A stretch of 64,000 nt of DNA, from NCBI RefSeq assembly GCF_044324875.1, contig NZ_CP172185.1. The stretch is one strand, 5' to 3'. Below, in pieces: positions 22,295-40,823 of the stretch. Both the position numbers and the translations under genes were made by a program. How positions within the stretch are numbered: position 1 is the first letter of the stretch; the number at the start of each line of letters is the position of its first letter. Under the pieces are notes generated by a model. That model did no database searches, was not told the origin of the DNA, and was given only the letters and a program-made list of their open reading frames with translations. The DNA is from Escherichia coli. Its GTDB lineage: Bacteria; Pseudomonadota; Gammaproteobacteria; Enterobacterales; Enterobacteriaceae.

Positions 22295-22873
22295 GGCAGT
22301 ATTTATGCATATTAATGCCGATCTGTTATGAACGGTGGTGTCATCAATACTCTGTGGCTGGTCAATCATTACAGAAAGCCAGTCTTTGGAGCAAAGCTGT
22401 ACTCACCGGATACGATCATAGTCACATCGAACGCGATTCTGGCGGAACCAAAACATTGTAATGTATTTCACCATCATAAATAAGGCAATCTAAACTTTAA
22501 CTCCCGTTAACTGCCATACATTATTATGAGTGGCGCTGATGTAATTTGTAATAGTGAAATATGAATTAATGTTGTTTGTACGTCCTAACATATCTTCCTT
22601 CTTGATGTAATTAGCTAAACATTAACGTGATTTGACTACATAGCAACAATGGTAGCTATCAAAAATAGCTCATGTACTTCGTTTCCTGCTGGCATGGAAC
22701 AGGTGGTTATATCGTGTGTGAAAGCTTTTATAAAAAGTAAGGAGGCTCGACTATCTTTAAACTAACAGGGGGTATGGGAAAATGCAGGTATATTAATGGA
22801 GCGTTTGACAGCAAACGAATATAAAAGCAGAGCGCCCCGAATGGAGCACTCTGTAAGAAAATATAGCGAAAAA

Positions 22874-31489
<8,616 letters not shown>

Positions 31490-31801
31490 GCTTACCTTCC
31501 CTGAACGAGCTAACATAAATGCGCCCTTTCTAGCACAGCGAAAAAAAGTAAATCCTGATAGCAATATGATTGAAAATTAATAACTTTTCGTTAAGCAGTT
31601 TTGGGTGTGAGTTGCAAGGGGGAGACTACTGAATTACTCAAGTTTTATAATCGAGGGGAAAATGGTGATGGCGTCCATAGCAAAACGCCCTCAACCATTA
31701 AGGTCGAGGGCGCTTAAGATGTCAAAAACCCGCTATCCGTTAAAAAGCAATGCTCAACTAAGGTCAGTGACATTGGGCTAAAAAAGCGAATTTTTAGAAT
31801 T

Positions 31802-31877
31802 TGGCTCCTCTGACTGGACTCGAACCAGTGACATACGGATTAACAGTCCGCCGTTCTACCGACTGAACTACAGAGGA
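31802..31877 (-). tRNA. asnT: tRNA-Asn (anticodon GUU)
   Basis: Fourth copy of the identical 76-nt tRNA-Asn sequence, minus strand. Confidence 0.95.
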
Positions 31878-31977
31878 ATCGTGTGAACGGGGCGCATATT
31901 ACTTAGCGGTACCTTGTCTGTCAACACTAAATTTCATAAGTCATTTCAATTGGTTAATTAATCTGCAAAGTTGTTAA

Positions 31978-32775
31978 TTAATGAACATTCGTCGTCGAAA
32001 ACGAGTCTGTATCATTAGCGTGATGCAGTCTCTGCAAAGGATCTTGTTGATAAAATTGGCAGAAACGTTGCCACAATGAAGGGAAACGAGGAGCAAAAAG
32101 TTCTGGGGCGCTAAAGAAATATTCAGAAAGTACGGCAAAACATTCAGCAGGATCACTGGCAGCATAAGCATCAATGCTCGCCGCATTCACGCCAACTAAT
32201 TCGATTTCTTCCTGAATGTTGTTCATTGCAGCATGAAGATCGTGTTCCCAGCCAGCAACCTCACGCAACGGAATAAAGGGAACTCCGCTGGCGCGATCGC
32301 CGTTACGGGTGTCCAGCTTATGAGCGACTTCATGAATAATCAGGTTAAAACCAGAAGCATCAAAAGAATCTTGTATATCCAACCAGTTCAAAACGATAGG
32401 CCCTTGCTGCCAGCTCTGACCTGACTGAACAATACGTTGGTTATGCACCAGACCGATATCGTCTTCCCATTCATCATCGACCACAAATGGCGCAGGATAA
32501 ATTAAGACTTCATGAAAACCATCCAGCCATTCCAGTCCTAACTCCAGAACGGGAAGGCAAAATAGAAGTGCTATCCGGCAGCTTCTTAATGAATCCAGTT
32601 CAAAGCCCTGTAAAGGAACAAGCCGCTTTTGCTGTAAAAAACGTTCGGCAAGAGTGACTAATTTGCTTTGTTCCTGTTCCGTCAGACACGTTAAAAGGGG
32701 GATCGATAGTGCTTCCTGCCAGGGAAGGGCAGTTTGATGTGCTGATTCTTGTACTTTCCAGGGCCACTTAATCAT
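31978..32775 (-). CDS. mtfA: Zinc-dependent peptidase MtfA (Mlc titration factor A)
   Basis: ORF track frame 31978..32814; start at internal MIKWPWK...; HEXXH zinc motif ([10 protein letters not shown]). Confidence 0.9.
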   Translation of the reverse strand: MIKWPWKVQESAHQTALPWQEALSIPLLTCLTEQEQSKLVTLAERFLQQKRLVPLQGFELDSLRSCRIALLFCLPVLELGLEWLDGFHEVLIYPAPFVVDDEWEDDIGLVHNQRIVQSGQSWQQGPIVLNWLDIQDSFDASGFNLIIHEVAHKLDTRNGDRASGVPFIPLREVAGWEHDLHAAMNNIQEEIELVGVNAASIDAYAASDPAECFAVLSEYFFSAPELFAPRFPSLWQRFCQFYQQDPLQRLHHANDTDSFSTTNVH

Positions 32776-32867
32776 CGTTTTGCTCGCAAACTCGTCACTT
32801 GAACAAAATTGCACGGACAGGGACTGTTAAAATGCCAAATTTCCTGGCATCATGGCAACCATCTGAA

Positions 32868-32957
32868 CGGAGAGATGCCGGAGCGGCTGAACGGACCGGT
32901 CTCGAAAACCGGAGTGGGGGCAACTCCACCGGGGGTTCAAATCCCCCTCTCTCCGCC
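32868..32957 (+). tRNA. serU: tRNA-Ser (anticodon CGA)
   Basis: GGAGAGATGCCGGAGCGGCTGAACGGACCGGTCTCGAAAACCGGAGTGGGGGCAACTCCACCGGGGGTTCAAATCCCCCTCTCTCCGCCA: long-variable-arm class II tRNA with anticodon CGA. Confidence 0.9.
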
Positions 32958-33002
32958 AAAATTCAATCACTTATACATCATTAAGTCAGTGACAAAAATC
33001 AC

Positions 33003-33038
33003 ACTTGGAATTACTTGGAATATTTTCTTGGAATATTT
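33003..33038. repeat. Three direct CTTGGAAT repeats next to the attachment site (candidate integrase arm-type sites)
   Basis: CTTGGAAT at about 33003, 33013 and 33026, with GGAATATTTT occurring twice; lies between the tRNA-Ser 3' end and the integrase 3' end. Confidence 0.35.
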
Positions 33039-34036
33039 TCAGGTAACGGGACATCAAGTGTTGGTGAAACTTTAACCTTCCGGTCATAGATTAGCACTTG
33101 CCCTTCGGTTTTGTGACCAGAGAAAAGTTGCTTATCCCGGCTGCTTCCTTCATAGTCTGAAATTCCTTTCGCCTTCAGATCATGAAAGGTGAAGTCGGTT
33201 AAAATACCTGAAACTTTGCCTGCGCGATTTCTTGCTTCTACCCACATTTCGTTAAAGCCTTTGTACATATATCGGTTGCCGTATTGATTGCTGATCACAT
33301 AGGCGGATTTTGGTAACTGTTTTGCTTTTTCGACCGCTGCCTGTAATCGTGGACTCCATGCTTTTATCTGTTTTTTCCCTGTTTTCCCTTGCTGGATAAA
33401 GATCCCGTCGTTTCCAATCTGCTCCCATTTCAGCGATAACACATCGGAAACCCTCGCTGCACACAGATAGGCAATTTCCATTGCGATAAAAACAGGAAGG
33501 GGTGCCACGCTTAATACTGCCTGGTATTCTTTGTCGGTTACATATCGTTCGCGGTTTTTGGCCTTGAATTTACTTACTCCTGCACATGGGTTAGCCTTCA
33601 CGTACCCTCGCTCATACCCCCAACTGTAAACACGGGACATACTGCTTTTTTCATGGTTGGCTTGCGTTTTACTCTGTTCCCCTCTTTTGTCCATGTATCG
33701 ACGGATGTGTTCTGGTTTTATGGAATCCGCTGGTACCTTACCGAATACGGCAAGCAACTTTTTTTGATGTTGCAGATAATCTTTTTGTGTTCTTGGACTA
33801 AGGTCACTGTAACAGGCGCTGGCGAGGAATTTTTCCCACAAGCGACCGAATGTCATTGCACGATCGCGATTATTTACAGTTTCCTCATACTTTTTCCATA
33901 AAGCAGCTAAACCATCCTTGATGGCGGTTAGTGTTACAGATTCTCTGGATGTTGGTTTCCATACATAACTATATTTATTTGGGTATACATTTGGAGGTAA
34001 TTTTTCGTGTTCAGGATTTTTCCTTCGTCTTCCCAT
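33011..34036 (-). CDS. int: Tyrosine recombinase (phage integrase)
   Basis: 341 aa ORF adjacent to the tRNA and reading toward it; C-terminal region has tyrosine-recombinase-like R...HxxR...Y spacing (…FTFHDLKAKGISDYEGS…HKTEGQVLIYDRK…). Confidence 0.85.
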   Translation of the reverse strand: MGRRRKNPEHEKLPPNVYPNKYSYVWKPTSRESVTLTAIKDGLAALWKKYEETVNNRDRAMTFGRLWEKFLASACYSDLSPRTQKDYLQHQKKLLAVFGKVPADSIKPEHIRRYMDKRGEQSKTQANHEKSSMSRVYSWGYERGYVKANPCAGVSKFKAKNRERYVTDKEYQAVLSVAPLPVFIAMEIAYLCAARVSDVLSLKWEQIGNDGIFIQQGKTGKKQIKAWSPRLQAAVEKAKQLPKSAYVISNQYGNRYMYKGFNEMWVEARNRAGKVSGILTDFTFHDLKAKGISDYEGSSRDKQLFSGHKTEGQVLIYDRKVKVSPTLDVPLPENIPRKYSK

Positions 34037-34239
34037 CAGATCGCACCAAAATTCGGCTCTACCTCGCGTGGTGGTAAAGTTTTATTGCAGGTAAATAGAT
34101 CCCGGCTGACAATCGGTTTGCCACTACGATTGGTATAGAACGGAAGCCCGTTTTCCATTAACCATTTTCGCTGGTGGCTTGCATATTTGCAGCCCGTTAA
34201 TATTAGCAATTCATCTTCGGTTAAAAATAAGCTGCTCAT
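34036..34239 (-). CDS. xis: Excisionase-like small DNA-binding protein
   Basis: 67 aa ORF immediately upstream of int with overlapping stop/start; size and position typical of Xis. Confidence 0.6.
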   Translation of the reverse strand: MSSLFLTEDELLILTGCKYASHQRKWLMENGLPFYTNRSGKPIVSRDLFTCNKTLPPREVEPNFGAI

Positions 34240-34297
34240 AGCTATATCTCATAACCGCCGCTAACTATATGCGGTTAGCGGCGATTAGGGTTGAACA

Positions 34298-36751
34298 TTA
34301 AAAATCAGCCTGATTCGGGATCAGTTTTTGTATAGTGGCTGTTACGTATTTTGCCTGGTGAAGAGCGTCATCCAGAGCATTATGGCGCACGCCTTCGAAT
34401 GGAATTACGCTTCTGGCATTGAAGTCTGTGATTTTCCCCATCTCAACGATTGTGCGTACATCACGATCGTTGCTGTAATGCCACGGACAGGGGATGTCCA
34501 GACGTTCGTATGAGGTGCGCAAAATTGCGTTATCGAACGTTGCGCCATTACCCCACACCTGAACGAATTTTTCATCAGAGTGTTCATTGACGAATTGCCG
34601 AAAACGCAAAAGGGCATCTTTCATTTTTACCTGGTCAGTTAAAATGGCAGCTCTGGCTTCGCTGGACTGCTTCAGCCACCATTCGATGGTGCCACCATCA
34701 GGAACAGCCCCTGTATTCATTGCGTCAGTCAGGCTGATAACGATATAAAATACCGGCCCGATTTCCCCTGTTTCCGGGTCGAAGAAAACCGCACCAATAA
34801 CTACTATGGGTGCATTGGTGTTGGCTCCCATTGTTTCAAGGTCGACTGACAGGTGATTCCATACTCTGCTGGTGGATGTGATTTCACGATGACCGTTCAT
34901 CTTAATTAAGGAATTTTCTGTTTCGCCAGTTTTATTATCGCTGGCGTGGCCCTGAGCGCCGCCAGTGTTCTCCTTGTGCGGATGCTCAGTGCCTTCCGTT
35001 TCCTCCGGATTTTTTTCCTGAGATTCAGCCTGATTTTCTCCATTGAATGTTTCCTGGTATGTTGCGTCACCCATTACTGAGCCACAATCAGGGCAGTTGC
35101 CGCCGCTGGTCTGACCGCAGGCGGTGCAGACTTTTTCCGGTTCCTGTTGCGCTACTGGCTCAGGTTGTTTCGTTTCTGGCTCGTTTTGTAACGCATTTTG
35201 GCTGTTTTGTTCCGCTTTCTGGTCGTTCTGTTCCGTTTCTTGCTGGTTCTGGTTCACTGAATCGCGAGTCTGGACTCCCTTAACCCATTTCAGATCATTC
35301 GGGTCGCTAATCCCTTCAACGAACTCACCACGCGAGGCCGCCAGTAATTTGTCTGCATCGACAGGATTTTTGGGCGGAATGTTTTTCCTAGCTTCATGGA
35401 GTTCTGCCCGCAGTTTCTGATATTTCGCATCAACAGAATTCACCTGCGGCTGAGCATCCAGCGGCTGCGTGTCCGGATGATGTTCAGTTGTATCCGGTTC
35501 CACTGTTTCAGTCGTTGGCTGTTCATCTGCCATTGCGCCAGACGGTTGCGGTTTTTCTTCATCATCCTGTTTTCCTTCTTCTGTTACACGCTGCGGCATT
35601 GGGGCAGAGGAACGACCGCAGGCAATATCCACGATTTCCGGATCAGGGTTGGCATGATCGGTTTCGGTCAGCACTTTATTCAAGTATTCGGTGACGCGCT
35701 GGGGCATAGCCTCTATACCAACCGGTGCTTCTTTCACGGAGGCAACCACGATGGCGCGGGAATAATCCATCCCGCCTGGCATGTTCAGAAAAGCCTTAAG
35801 GAAGACGGAGAAACAGGGATCATTTTCTGCGATAATTTCGTTAACACGTCTGGTATGTGAAGGATGCATGTTGTAAATATCCACATCCATCGAACGAGCC
35901 AGTTTTCCTGTAGCAACATCGAATGCCATTGACGCATTATCATGCACAAAACCTTCGCCGCGATCGGTAAGAATACCGCCGCCAGCGTTAGCGCCGGATG
36001 GTGTGCGACTGATGCGAGAAACACGATTTCCTTTCATCCACTCTTTTGTAAGCAGACCACGATCAGTGTAGTCAGCGTCCAGGTATGCTTCGATGAAGGA
36101 GGTCATCAGTCCCAGGTCTGAATTTACGGGGGCGGGAAAAACTTTGTCAGTGTCCCGCACCAGTTTGTACAAATCCCGAATCTCCAGCGGTTCGAGTTGC
36201 GCTGCTTTATTTGAGATGGCCAGCGCGGTAACGGCGGGAAGTTTTTCTTCCTGTGCGTTATGTAATGAGCGCAGTTCATCCCGCGAAACGTGCGTTACTG
36301 GTTTTTCGCCGCCGTGTTGCGCCAGCCAGCGAACAGGCAGAATCTGACCTGAAACCGGCAGAAGCATATTCTCCTCAATCTCAGTCATGTCTTCGCCATT
36401 AACATTGGTGTTGTCAGTGCTGGCTGGTTTGTCCTGCGCGGATGGCGGAGGCGCGATAAATATCATTGTGATGCCATCTTCGCCGCCTTTTTCATACCGG
36501 TTACAGAATTCGGTATCAAACACGCCTTCCGGTGGAAGGTCATCAACAACGGGCAAATGGACGCGAACAGGTTTTTTAAAGTCGTCTTCATCATAATCGT
36601 TATCATCCATTGCGGTAATGCAGCGGGAGATGGCAACAGATAATTTTTTTGCTGTAGTCCAGTAAAAACCACCTTTAATCCCAAGGCGTTTTCTGACTTT
36701 GTCATTTTTAGCTTCGCAATATAGCGCAAAAGTTTCTTTATCAGTGCTCAT
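34298..36751 (-). CDS. Large early protein with internal Cys4 zinc-ribbon and C-terminal DnaQ-like (DEDDh) 3'-5' exonuclease domain
   Basis: 817 aa; CTACGQ...CPDCG motif; C-terminus has DLETMG ... HNALDDA spacing like DEDDh exonucleases; occupies the recE-like position but I do not see a RecE/lambda-Exo type nuclease motif. Confidence 0.55.
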   Translation of the reverse strand: MSTDKETFALYCEAKNDKVRKRLGIKGGFYWTTAKKLSVAISRCITAMDDNDYDEDDFKKPVRVHLPVVDDLPPEGVFDTEFCNRYEKGGEDGITMIFIAPPPSAQDKPASTDNTNVNGEDMTEIEENMLLPVSGQILPVRWLAQHGGEKPVTHVSRDELRSLHNAQEEKLPAVTALAISNKAAQLEPLEIRDLYKLVRDTDKVFPAPVNSDLGLMTSFIEAYLDADYTDRGLLTKEWMKGNRVSRISRTPSGANAGGGILTDRGEGFVHDNASMAFDVATGKLARSMDVDIYNMHPSHTRRVNEIIAENDPCFSVFLKAFLNMPGGMDYSRAIVVASVKEAPVGIEAMPQRVTEYLNKVLTETDHANPDPEIVDIACGRSSAPMPQRVTEEGKQDDEEKPQPSGAMADEQPTTETVEPDTTEHHPDTQPLDAQPQVNSVDAKYQKLRAELHEARKNIPPKNPVDADKLLAASRGEFVEGISDPNDLKWVKGVQTRDSVNQNQQETEQNDQKAEQNSQNALQNEPETKQPEPVAQQEPEKVCTACGQTSGGNCPDCGSVMGDATYQETFNGENQAESQEKNPEETEGTEHPHKENTGGAQGHASDNKTGETENSLIKMNGHREITSTSRVWNHLSVDLETMGANTNAPIVVIGAVFFDPETGEIGPVFYIVISLTDAMNTGAVPDGGTIEWWLKQSSEARAAILTDQVKMKDALLRFRQFVNEHSDEKFVQVWGNGATFDNAILRTSYERLDIPCPWHYSNDRDVRTIVEMGKITDFNARSVIPFEGVRHNALDDALHQAKYVTATIQKLIPNQADF

Positions 36752-36870
36752 TGATAAACCTCATTGCTGTTTTAAGGTTGTGCGAATCCCTGCCATTGCT
36801 GGCATATAAGAATCGACCCTTATGTATTTATTAAGCTGAATGTCGTATTGGGTCAGTTATTTATTACAGC

Positions 36871-37092
36871 TCACCATGCCACCGCCTTTACAGGTAAACC
36901 ATCACGACCGAGGAAGACTTTAATCATGCGGTCAGTAATGCATGTTTTTGTAGTGAAATCACGGATATAAAGTTTTTGCTTTTCGATATTGTTTGCCGAG
37001 GCGATATATGTCCGGCCTTCGTAAATAACGTAATCGCCGGGAGTGACGCACTGGCGTGGTATTTCATCGGTTCCGAAGTGATGAGCAATCAT
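36871..37092 (-). CDS. Hypothetical small early-left protein
   Basis: 73 aa ORF with AAGGAG ribosome-binding site 7 nt upstream of the ATG. Confidence 0.45.
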   Translation of the reverse strand: MIAHHFGTDEIPRQCVTPGDYVIYEGRTYIASANNIEKQKLYIRDFTTKTCITDRMIKVFLGRDGLPVKAVAW

Positions 37093-37137
37093 AATAATCT
37101 CCTTAATAATTTGTGATATGAAGGAAATTCCAGAAAA

Positions 37138-37692
37138 CTATTTAATACTCAGCAACTGCTCGACGGTCATATTTTTAATTGCGCCCCGGTTTATGAGAGT
37201 CCATCCCTGCTTTTCCAGATAAAAACGGAAAGTATCCAGAGTACAGACCAGTGCGCCATCAGGAACTGTTTCGGTGAATTTGATGTAGCCGTGTTCGTCG
37301 AAGCGGATAACCAGGGTGCGGCCATCACCCGGGATTATTTTGTCAGCGGGTGTGGTGTTATTCCGGCGCAGTTCTTCCTCCATGCGGTCGAACTCGGCAA
37401 TGTAGGCTTCCTTGAATGCAGCGGCCTTTTTGCCCGTGAAGCCCATCACAAGGAAAACGAAGCCGTTTTTGGTGATTTGGTACATTGGGAGTTTGCGTCC
37501 TGTTGAGTCGGTGTATTCGCTCGCCTTAAAATTAAGGGCAGTGAACTCAGCGGAGCAGTCCAGTAATTTTATTTTTTGGATAACATTGTCGTGACGCTTG
37601 CCAAAGAATTCCGCGATCGCAACAGACGTAGTGACAGCGCGACCATTTTCAATGGTTACGTCAGGGTGAGAAAGGGTAAGGGTAGTAGCCAT
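37138..37692 (-). CDS. Rha-family phage regulatory protein (antirepressor-like)
   Basis: ORF track frame 37138..37989; likely start at internal MATTLTLSHPDV...; Rha-like motif ...VTTSVAIAEFFGKRHDNVIQKIKLL.... Confidence 0.65.
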   Translation of the reverse strand: MATTLTLSHPDVTIENGRAVTTSVAIAEFFGKRHDNVIQKIKLLDCSAEFTALNFKASEYTDSTGRKLPMYQITKNGFVFLVMGFTGKKAAAFKEAYIAEFDRMEEELRRNNTTPADKIIPGDGRTLVIRFDEHGYIKFTETVPDGALVCTLDTFRFYLEKQGWTLINRGAIKNMTVEQLLSIK

Positions 37693-37861
37693 AATGGCAG
37701 CCTCCACGTTGAGTATTGATAACTCACCACCGAGGCTTTCCACGACCATAATGGTGGTGAGACGTACAGGGGTGGAAATACCGGTCAACGTAGAACCCGG
37801 CCAGCCTTGCGGCTGCCCTGCACGCCCCACCATAATCTGAATGTGGCTGTGCTTCACGCAT

Positions 37862-37886
37862 AAAAAAACCGCCTGAGCGCGGTTGT
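37862..37886 (-). terminator. Intrinsic terminator on the minus strand upstream of rha
   Basis: Minus strand reads AACCGCGCTCAGGCGGTT followed by a U-run (plus strand TAAAAAAACCGCCTGAGCGCGGTT). Confidence 0.45.
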
Positions 37887-38501
37887 GCGCTACGTTTGAC
37901 TTCGGGTTTCCACGCCCGGCACCCGGTTTATGAGGTGCAGGTGCACTATAATTCCACCCGTACTGGTTTTCAATAGCTACATTCAACATTTTCTCTTACC
38001 TTTCATCACCGAAGTGAACTTTGTTGATGCGGTGCCAGGTGCCTCCAGGTGACGTTAACCAGTTAACAATTAACGCCGGATACAGAGAATCCACCCATAA
38101 CTCTGTTTTTGGTTTTAACTGTTCCACGTGCGATCAGCCGCATTCACCACATCACAAAATTCACTTTAAAAAGGGCGGCAGAGCAGTCACGGAGTAAAAC
38201 TGATACCGCAAAACGTCACCAGAAAATTGATAACAGATGGCGTTGCAGCGGGGTTGTCACTCAGGCGCATGGTCAACCTGACAACCCGGTGTCCTCAAGG
38301 GGAAGGGAACCCCGCCATGCTTACCGCCGCGCCATTTCGCGGAGTGCCACAACCGGAAGCGGACGGTCGACGAAAATTTAACGACAGGCTATATATGAAC
38401 CAGCTACCTCGCCGTGCGCTTTCGTGTTGTGTGCCTGCTTTTAACCACGTCAGGCGAGGTGGTATCCTCTGAGGGGTCTGTTACCCGAGAGGAAATTGGT
38501 T

Positions 38502-38702
38502 ATGAATACAATCAAGTTTTCTTGCCCAGAATGTGGTGGCGAAGTCTTCGACACATCCTTTAAGCCGCAGGGCTCTGACAGTTTCGCGGGAGCCATCTGC
38601 AAAAATTGTGGTCACCTTGTAACTGAAGATGAGTCCTCGCAATTCGATGAGGAAATCGTTGACAATATCTTCGGTGTAATCACCGGAGCCTTTCTGAAGT
38701 AA
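38502..38702 (+). CDS. Small zinc-ribbon protein (CxxC...CxxC)
   Basis: MNTIKFSCPECGG...CKNCGH...; GAGG 8 nt upstream of the ATG; opposite orientation to neighbouring early genes. Confidence 0.5.
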   Translation: MNTIKFSCPECGGEVFDTSFKPQGSDSFAGAICKNCGHLVTEDESSQFDEEIVDNIFGVITGAFLK

Positions 38703-39068
38703 AGGCACATACCGCTTAGTTACCGCTCTGATAATTCTTACCTGCCCGGCAATGGCGCTGATGTCAATATAAAGCGCCATTGCTGCTTCTTTGCCGATCC
38801 CGGGATGCCTTCCATTCTGATGTTTGACTTCGCCCACTGAGAAATCCTCTGTTTCCCCTTAACGCCGGGGTAGCGGAACAAAAACCTGCTGCATAGTTAA
38901 AGTTAAACCCTGCCGTCATGTTCATACGCCTCGGGCTGGCTACTTAACCCCTGACCACTGCCTGGTAACTCGAAGTATTGCCCTGCGTTCTGTGGGGCGG
39001 GGTGGGTTGGTGAAATTAGTTTATACAAAAATAAACTTAACAGTCAATCTGCAACTTAACTAAACAGT

Positions 39069-39098
39069 AAAAAATAACACTCTCTTTGAGAGTGTTTA
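39069..39098 (-). terminator. Intrinsic terminator downstream of the RelE/ParE-like toxin gene
   Basis: AACACTCTC-TTT-GAGAGTGTT perfect 9-bp stem, followed on the minus strand by a U-run. Confidence 0.5.
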
Positions 39099-39121
39099 AG
39101 GCTGTGTTGATGGGCAGAGGG

Positions 39122-39406
39122 TTATGTTACAGGGAACTGTCGGCGGGTATGGACTACGTTTACTATTTCAATACTTGAGGTTGTCACGCGGTACAGAATT
39201 ATATAATTGGGGTGAGCCACAATCTCACGTAAGCCTGGCACTCTGTCGCTTGGGGGGTATAAATACGGATGTTCGGATAATGGCAGCACACACCCCCTTA
39301 ATCGCTGCCATAAGCGTTCTGCCGCATCTATGTCGAAACGAGCAATGTAACTAGTTATATCATCCAGGTCGGTATCTGCGCTTTCAGGCCATAACACAGG
39401 TAACAT
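39122..39406 (-). CDS. RelE/ParE-family type II toxin
   Basis: 94 aa ORF abutting the stop of an upstream small ORF; typical size and basic C-terminal region for RelE/ParE-family toxins. Confidence 0.7.
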   Translation of the reverse strand: MLPVLWPESADTDLDDITSYIARFDIDAAERLWQRLRGCVLPLSEHPYLYPPSDRVPGLREIVAHPNYIILYRVTTSSIEIVNVVHTRRQFPVT

Positions 39407-39598
39407 TTACTGTTCACTCCGTTCCTTGCGTATTTTAGCAAAGCGTTCTGCCATTCTGCGCTCAACTTCGTCATGGGGAATTGCTGGGCGCGGATCTGCA
39501 AGGCTTGCAGCTACTTTGGCTCGCAGCCATTCGTTGTAACTGTTTTCTTGTTCAATAGTTTCAAACTCAGAAACCATTGGTGAAAGGGCCGTATTCAT
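39407..39598 (-). CDS. Putative antitoxin partner of the RelE/ParE-like toxin
   Basis: Start at internal MNTALSPMVSEF... with GGAGG 7 nt upstream; 63 aa acidic protein directly upstream of and abutting the toxin gene. Confidence 0.55.
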   Translation of the reverse strand: MNTALSPMVSEFETIEQENSYNEWLRAKVAASLADPRPAIPHDEVERRMAERFAKIRKERSEQ

Positions 39599-39627
39599 GG
39601 CACACCTCCGTCTGTGTATGGTGGTCA

Positions 39628-40026
39628 TTATGCCCGATGCCCTTTCCGGGCAGCGAGCCATCTTTCAATTGTGCGATCCATTAACTCTTTTTTGTCTTTC
39701 ATCTCCTGAAGCATTTGCTCTTGATCTTCCTCTGGAAATGCCTCAAATGTTTGAAGTAGCTCCTTTTGCCTAGGAGTTATTTTTATTATATCTTGTATTC
39801 TGTCATTTTTTTCTTCATTTAACGGTAAGAAGAACCAATACTGAGGATATCCTGTTGCTTCAGATAGTTTATCTAGATTAGCTGCTGTAGGGCTTGAGAT
39901 ACCACAAACCCATCTTTGAACGGATTGTTGAGTAATGCCAATTCTGCGCGCAAGTTCTGCCTGGCTCCAGCCTGTTACCAACAAAAGCTTCCTAATTCTA
40001 AGAGCACTAATTTCGAGTACACCCAT
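39628..40026 (-). CDS. XRE-family HTH regulator (repressor-like, paralog A)
   Basis: ORF track frame 39628..40101; HTH segment SQAELARRIGITQQSVQRW; C-terminal 45 aa paralogous to the neighbouring gene; start codon uncertain. Confidence 0.6.
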   Translation of the reverse strand: MGVLEISALRIRKLLLVTGWSQAELARRIGITQQSVQRWVCGISSPTAANLDKLSEATGYPQYWFFLPLNEEKNDRIQDIIKITPRQKELLQTFEAFPEEDQEQMLQEMKDKKELMDRTIERWLAARKGHRA

Positions 40027-40060
40027 CTGATATATCTTGTTTTTAAGAGTATGCTTCCCA

Positions 40061-40432
40061 TCAGGCGCGGCGACCTTGCTGCGCCAACCAACGTGCGACA
40101 AAATCTTCCATTGCTTCTTTTTTGTTTCTTAGTTCTTTTATGATCTCTTGCTGTTCATTATCAGGAAATGCACTAAATATTTGTAGCAATTCCAGCTGGT
40201 TAGGGGTTAATGCTATAGCTCTTGATGATGGAGACTCTGTTATGTCTTCTGGCTCAATATCAAGATAACCCCCTGGCATCCCATATGTTTGTTCAATACG
40301 TCTAGCTGCTTTTTCGCCAAACGTAGCCTTACCGCTCATTAACTGAGATAAGTAACTTTTCTCTTTGGGTGGCAAAGTTCTGTCTTTGAACCACTCTTTG
40401 AGGCGTAAACGCCGAATCTCTCTTGTTTCCAT
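40061..40432 (-). CDS. HTH regulator (CI-like repressor lacking a peptidase domain, paralog B)
   Basis: 123 aa; C-terminal segment LTPNQLELLQIFSAFPDNEQQEIIKELRNKKEAMEDFVARWLAQ resembles that of paralog A; divergent from the Cro-like gene. Confidence 0.65.
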   Translation of the reverse strand: METREIRRLRLKEWFKDRTLPPKEKSYLSQLMSGKATFGEKAARRIEQTYGMPGGYLDIEPEDITESPSSRAIALTPNQLELLQIFSAFPDNEQQEIIKELRNKKEAMEDFVARWLAQQGRRA

Positions 40433-40535
40433 ACATGCATTATCTTTAGTAATTGCGAAATAAGCAAATACTTGACTGGTTTATTTAGTTACGTATAAAC
40501 TTTTGCTTGCACTAAAGTATGTTGAGATCGAAATC

Positions 40536-40823
40536 ATGACTCTAAAGGAATTCATCAAATCATTAAAAACTGGAGAAGCAAAAAAATTTGCTGCCAACCT
40601 TGGTGTGTCTCCGTCCTTCTTGTCTCAAATGGCATCTGGCAGTTCACCAGTGTCTCCTGTTCGTGCGTTAATGATAGAAGCAGAAACTGCAGGGCATGTT
40701 ACAAGAAGAGAGTTGAGGCCGAATGACTGGGATCTTATATGGCCGGAATACACCGGAATTACGCCCCCTTCAAGTCATAAATATGAGCTTAACACCAAAA
40801 AAGTTGATGGGGTTGATTCATGA
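40536..40823 (+). CDS. Cro/YdaS-like small DNA-binding protein
   Basis: Start at internal MTLKEFIKSLKTGEAKKFAANLGVSPSFLSQM...; divergent from the repressor genes. Confidence 0.55.
   Translation: MTLKEFIKSLKTGEAKKFAANLGVSPSFLSQMASGSSPVSPVRALMIEAETAGHVTRRELRPNDWDLIWPEYTGITPPSSHKYELNTKKVDGVDS

Noticed and set aside
31490-31564. Upstream extension of yeeJ in the ORF track
   Set aside because: The track uses a non-ATG start; the conserved N-terminus begins at MATKKRSGEE. My base-by-base reading here disagreed with the track frame by one base, so nearby coordinates are approximate.
38109-38472. Plus-strand ORFs of 81-90 aa upstream of the zinc-ribbon gene
   Set aside because: Arg/Pro-rich translations typical of random frames in GC-rich DNA; no ribosome-binding site.
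38481-38837. 118-aa minus-strand ORF overlapping the zinc-ribbon gene
   Set aside because: The plus-strand ORF has a strong ribosome-binding site and a CxxC...CxxC motif; the minus-strand ORF lacks both, so I kept the plus-strand call, at moderate confidence.
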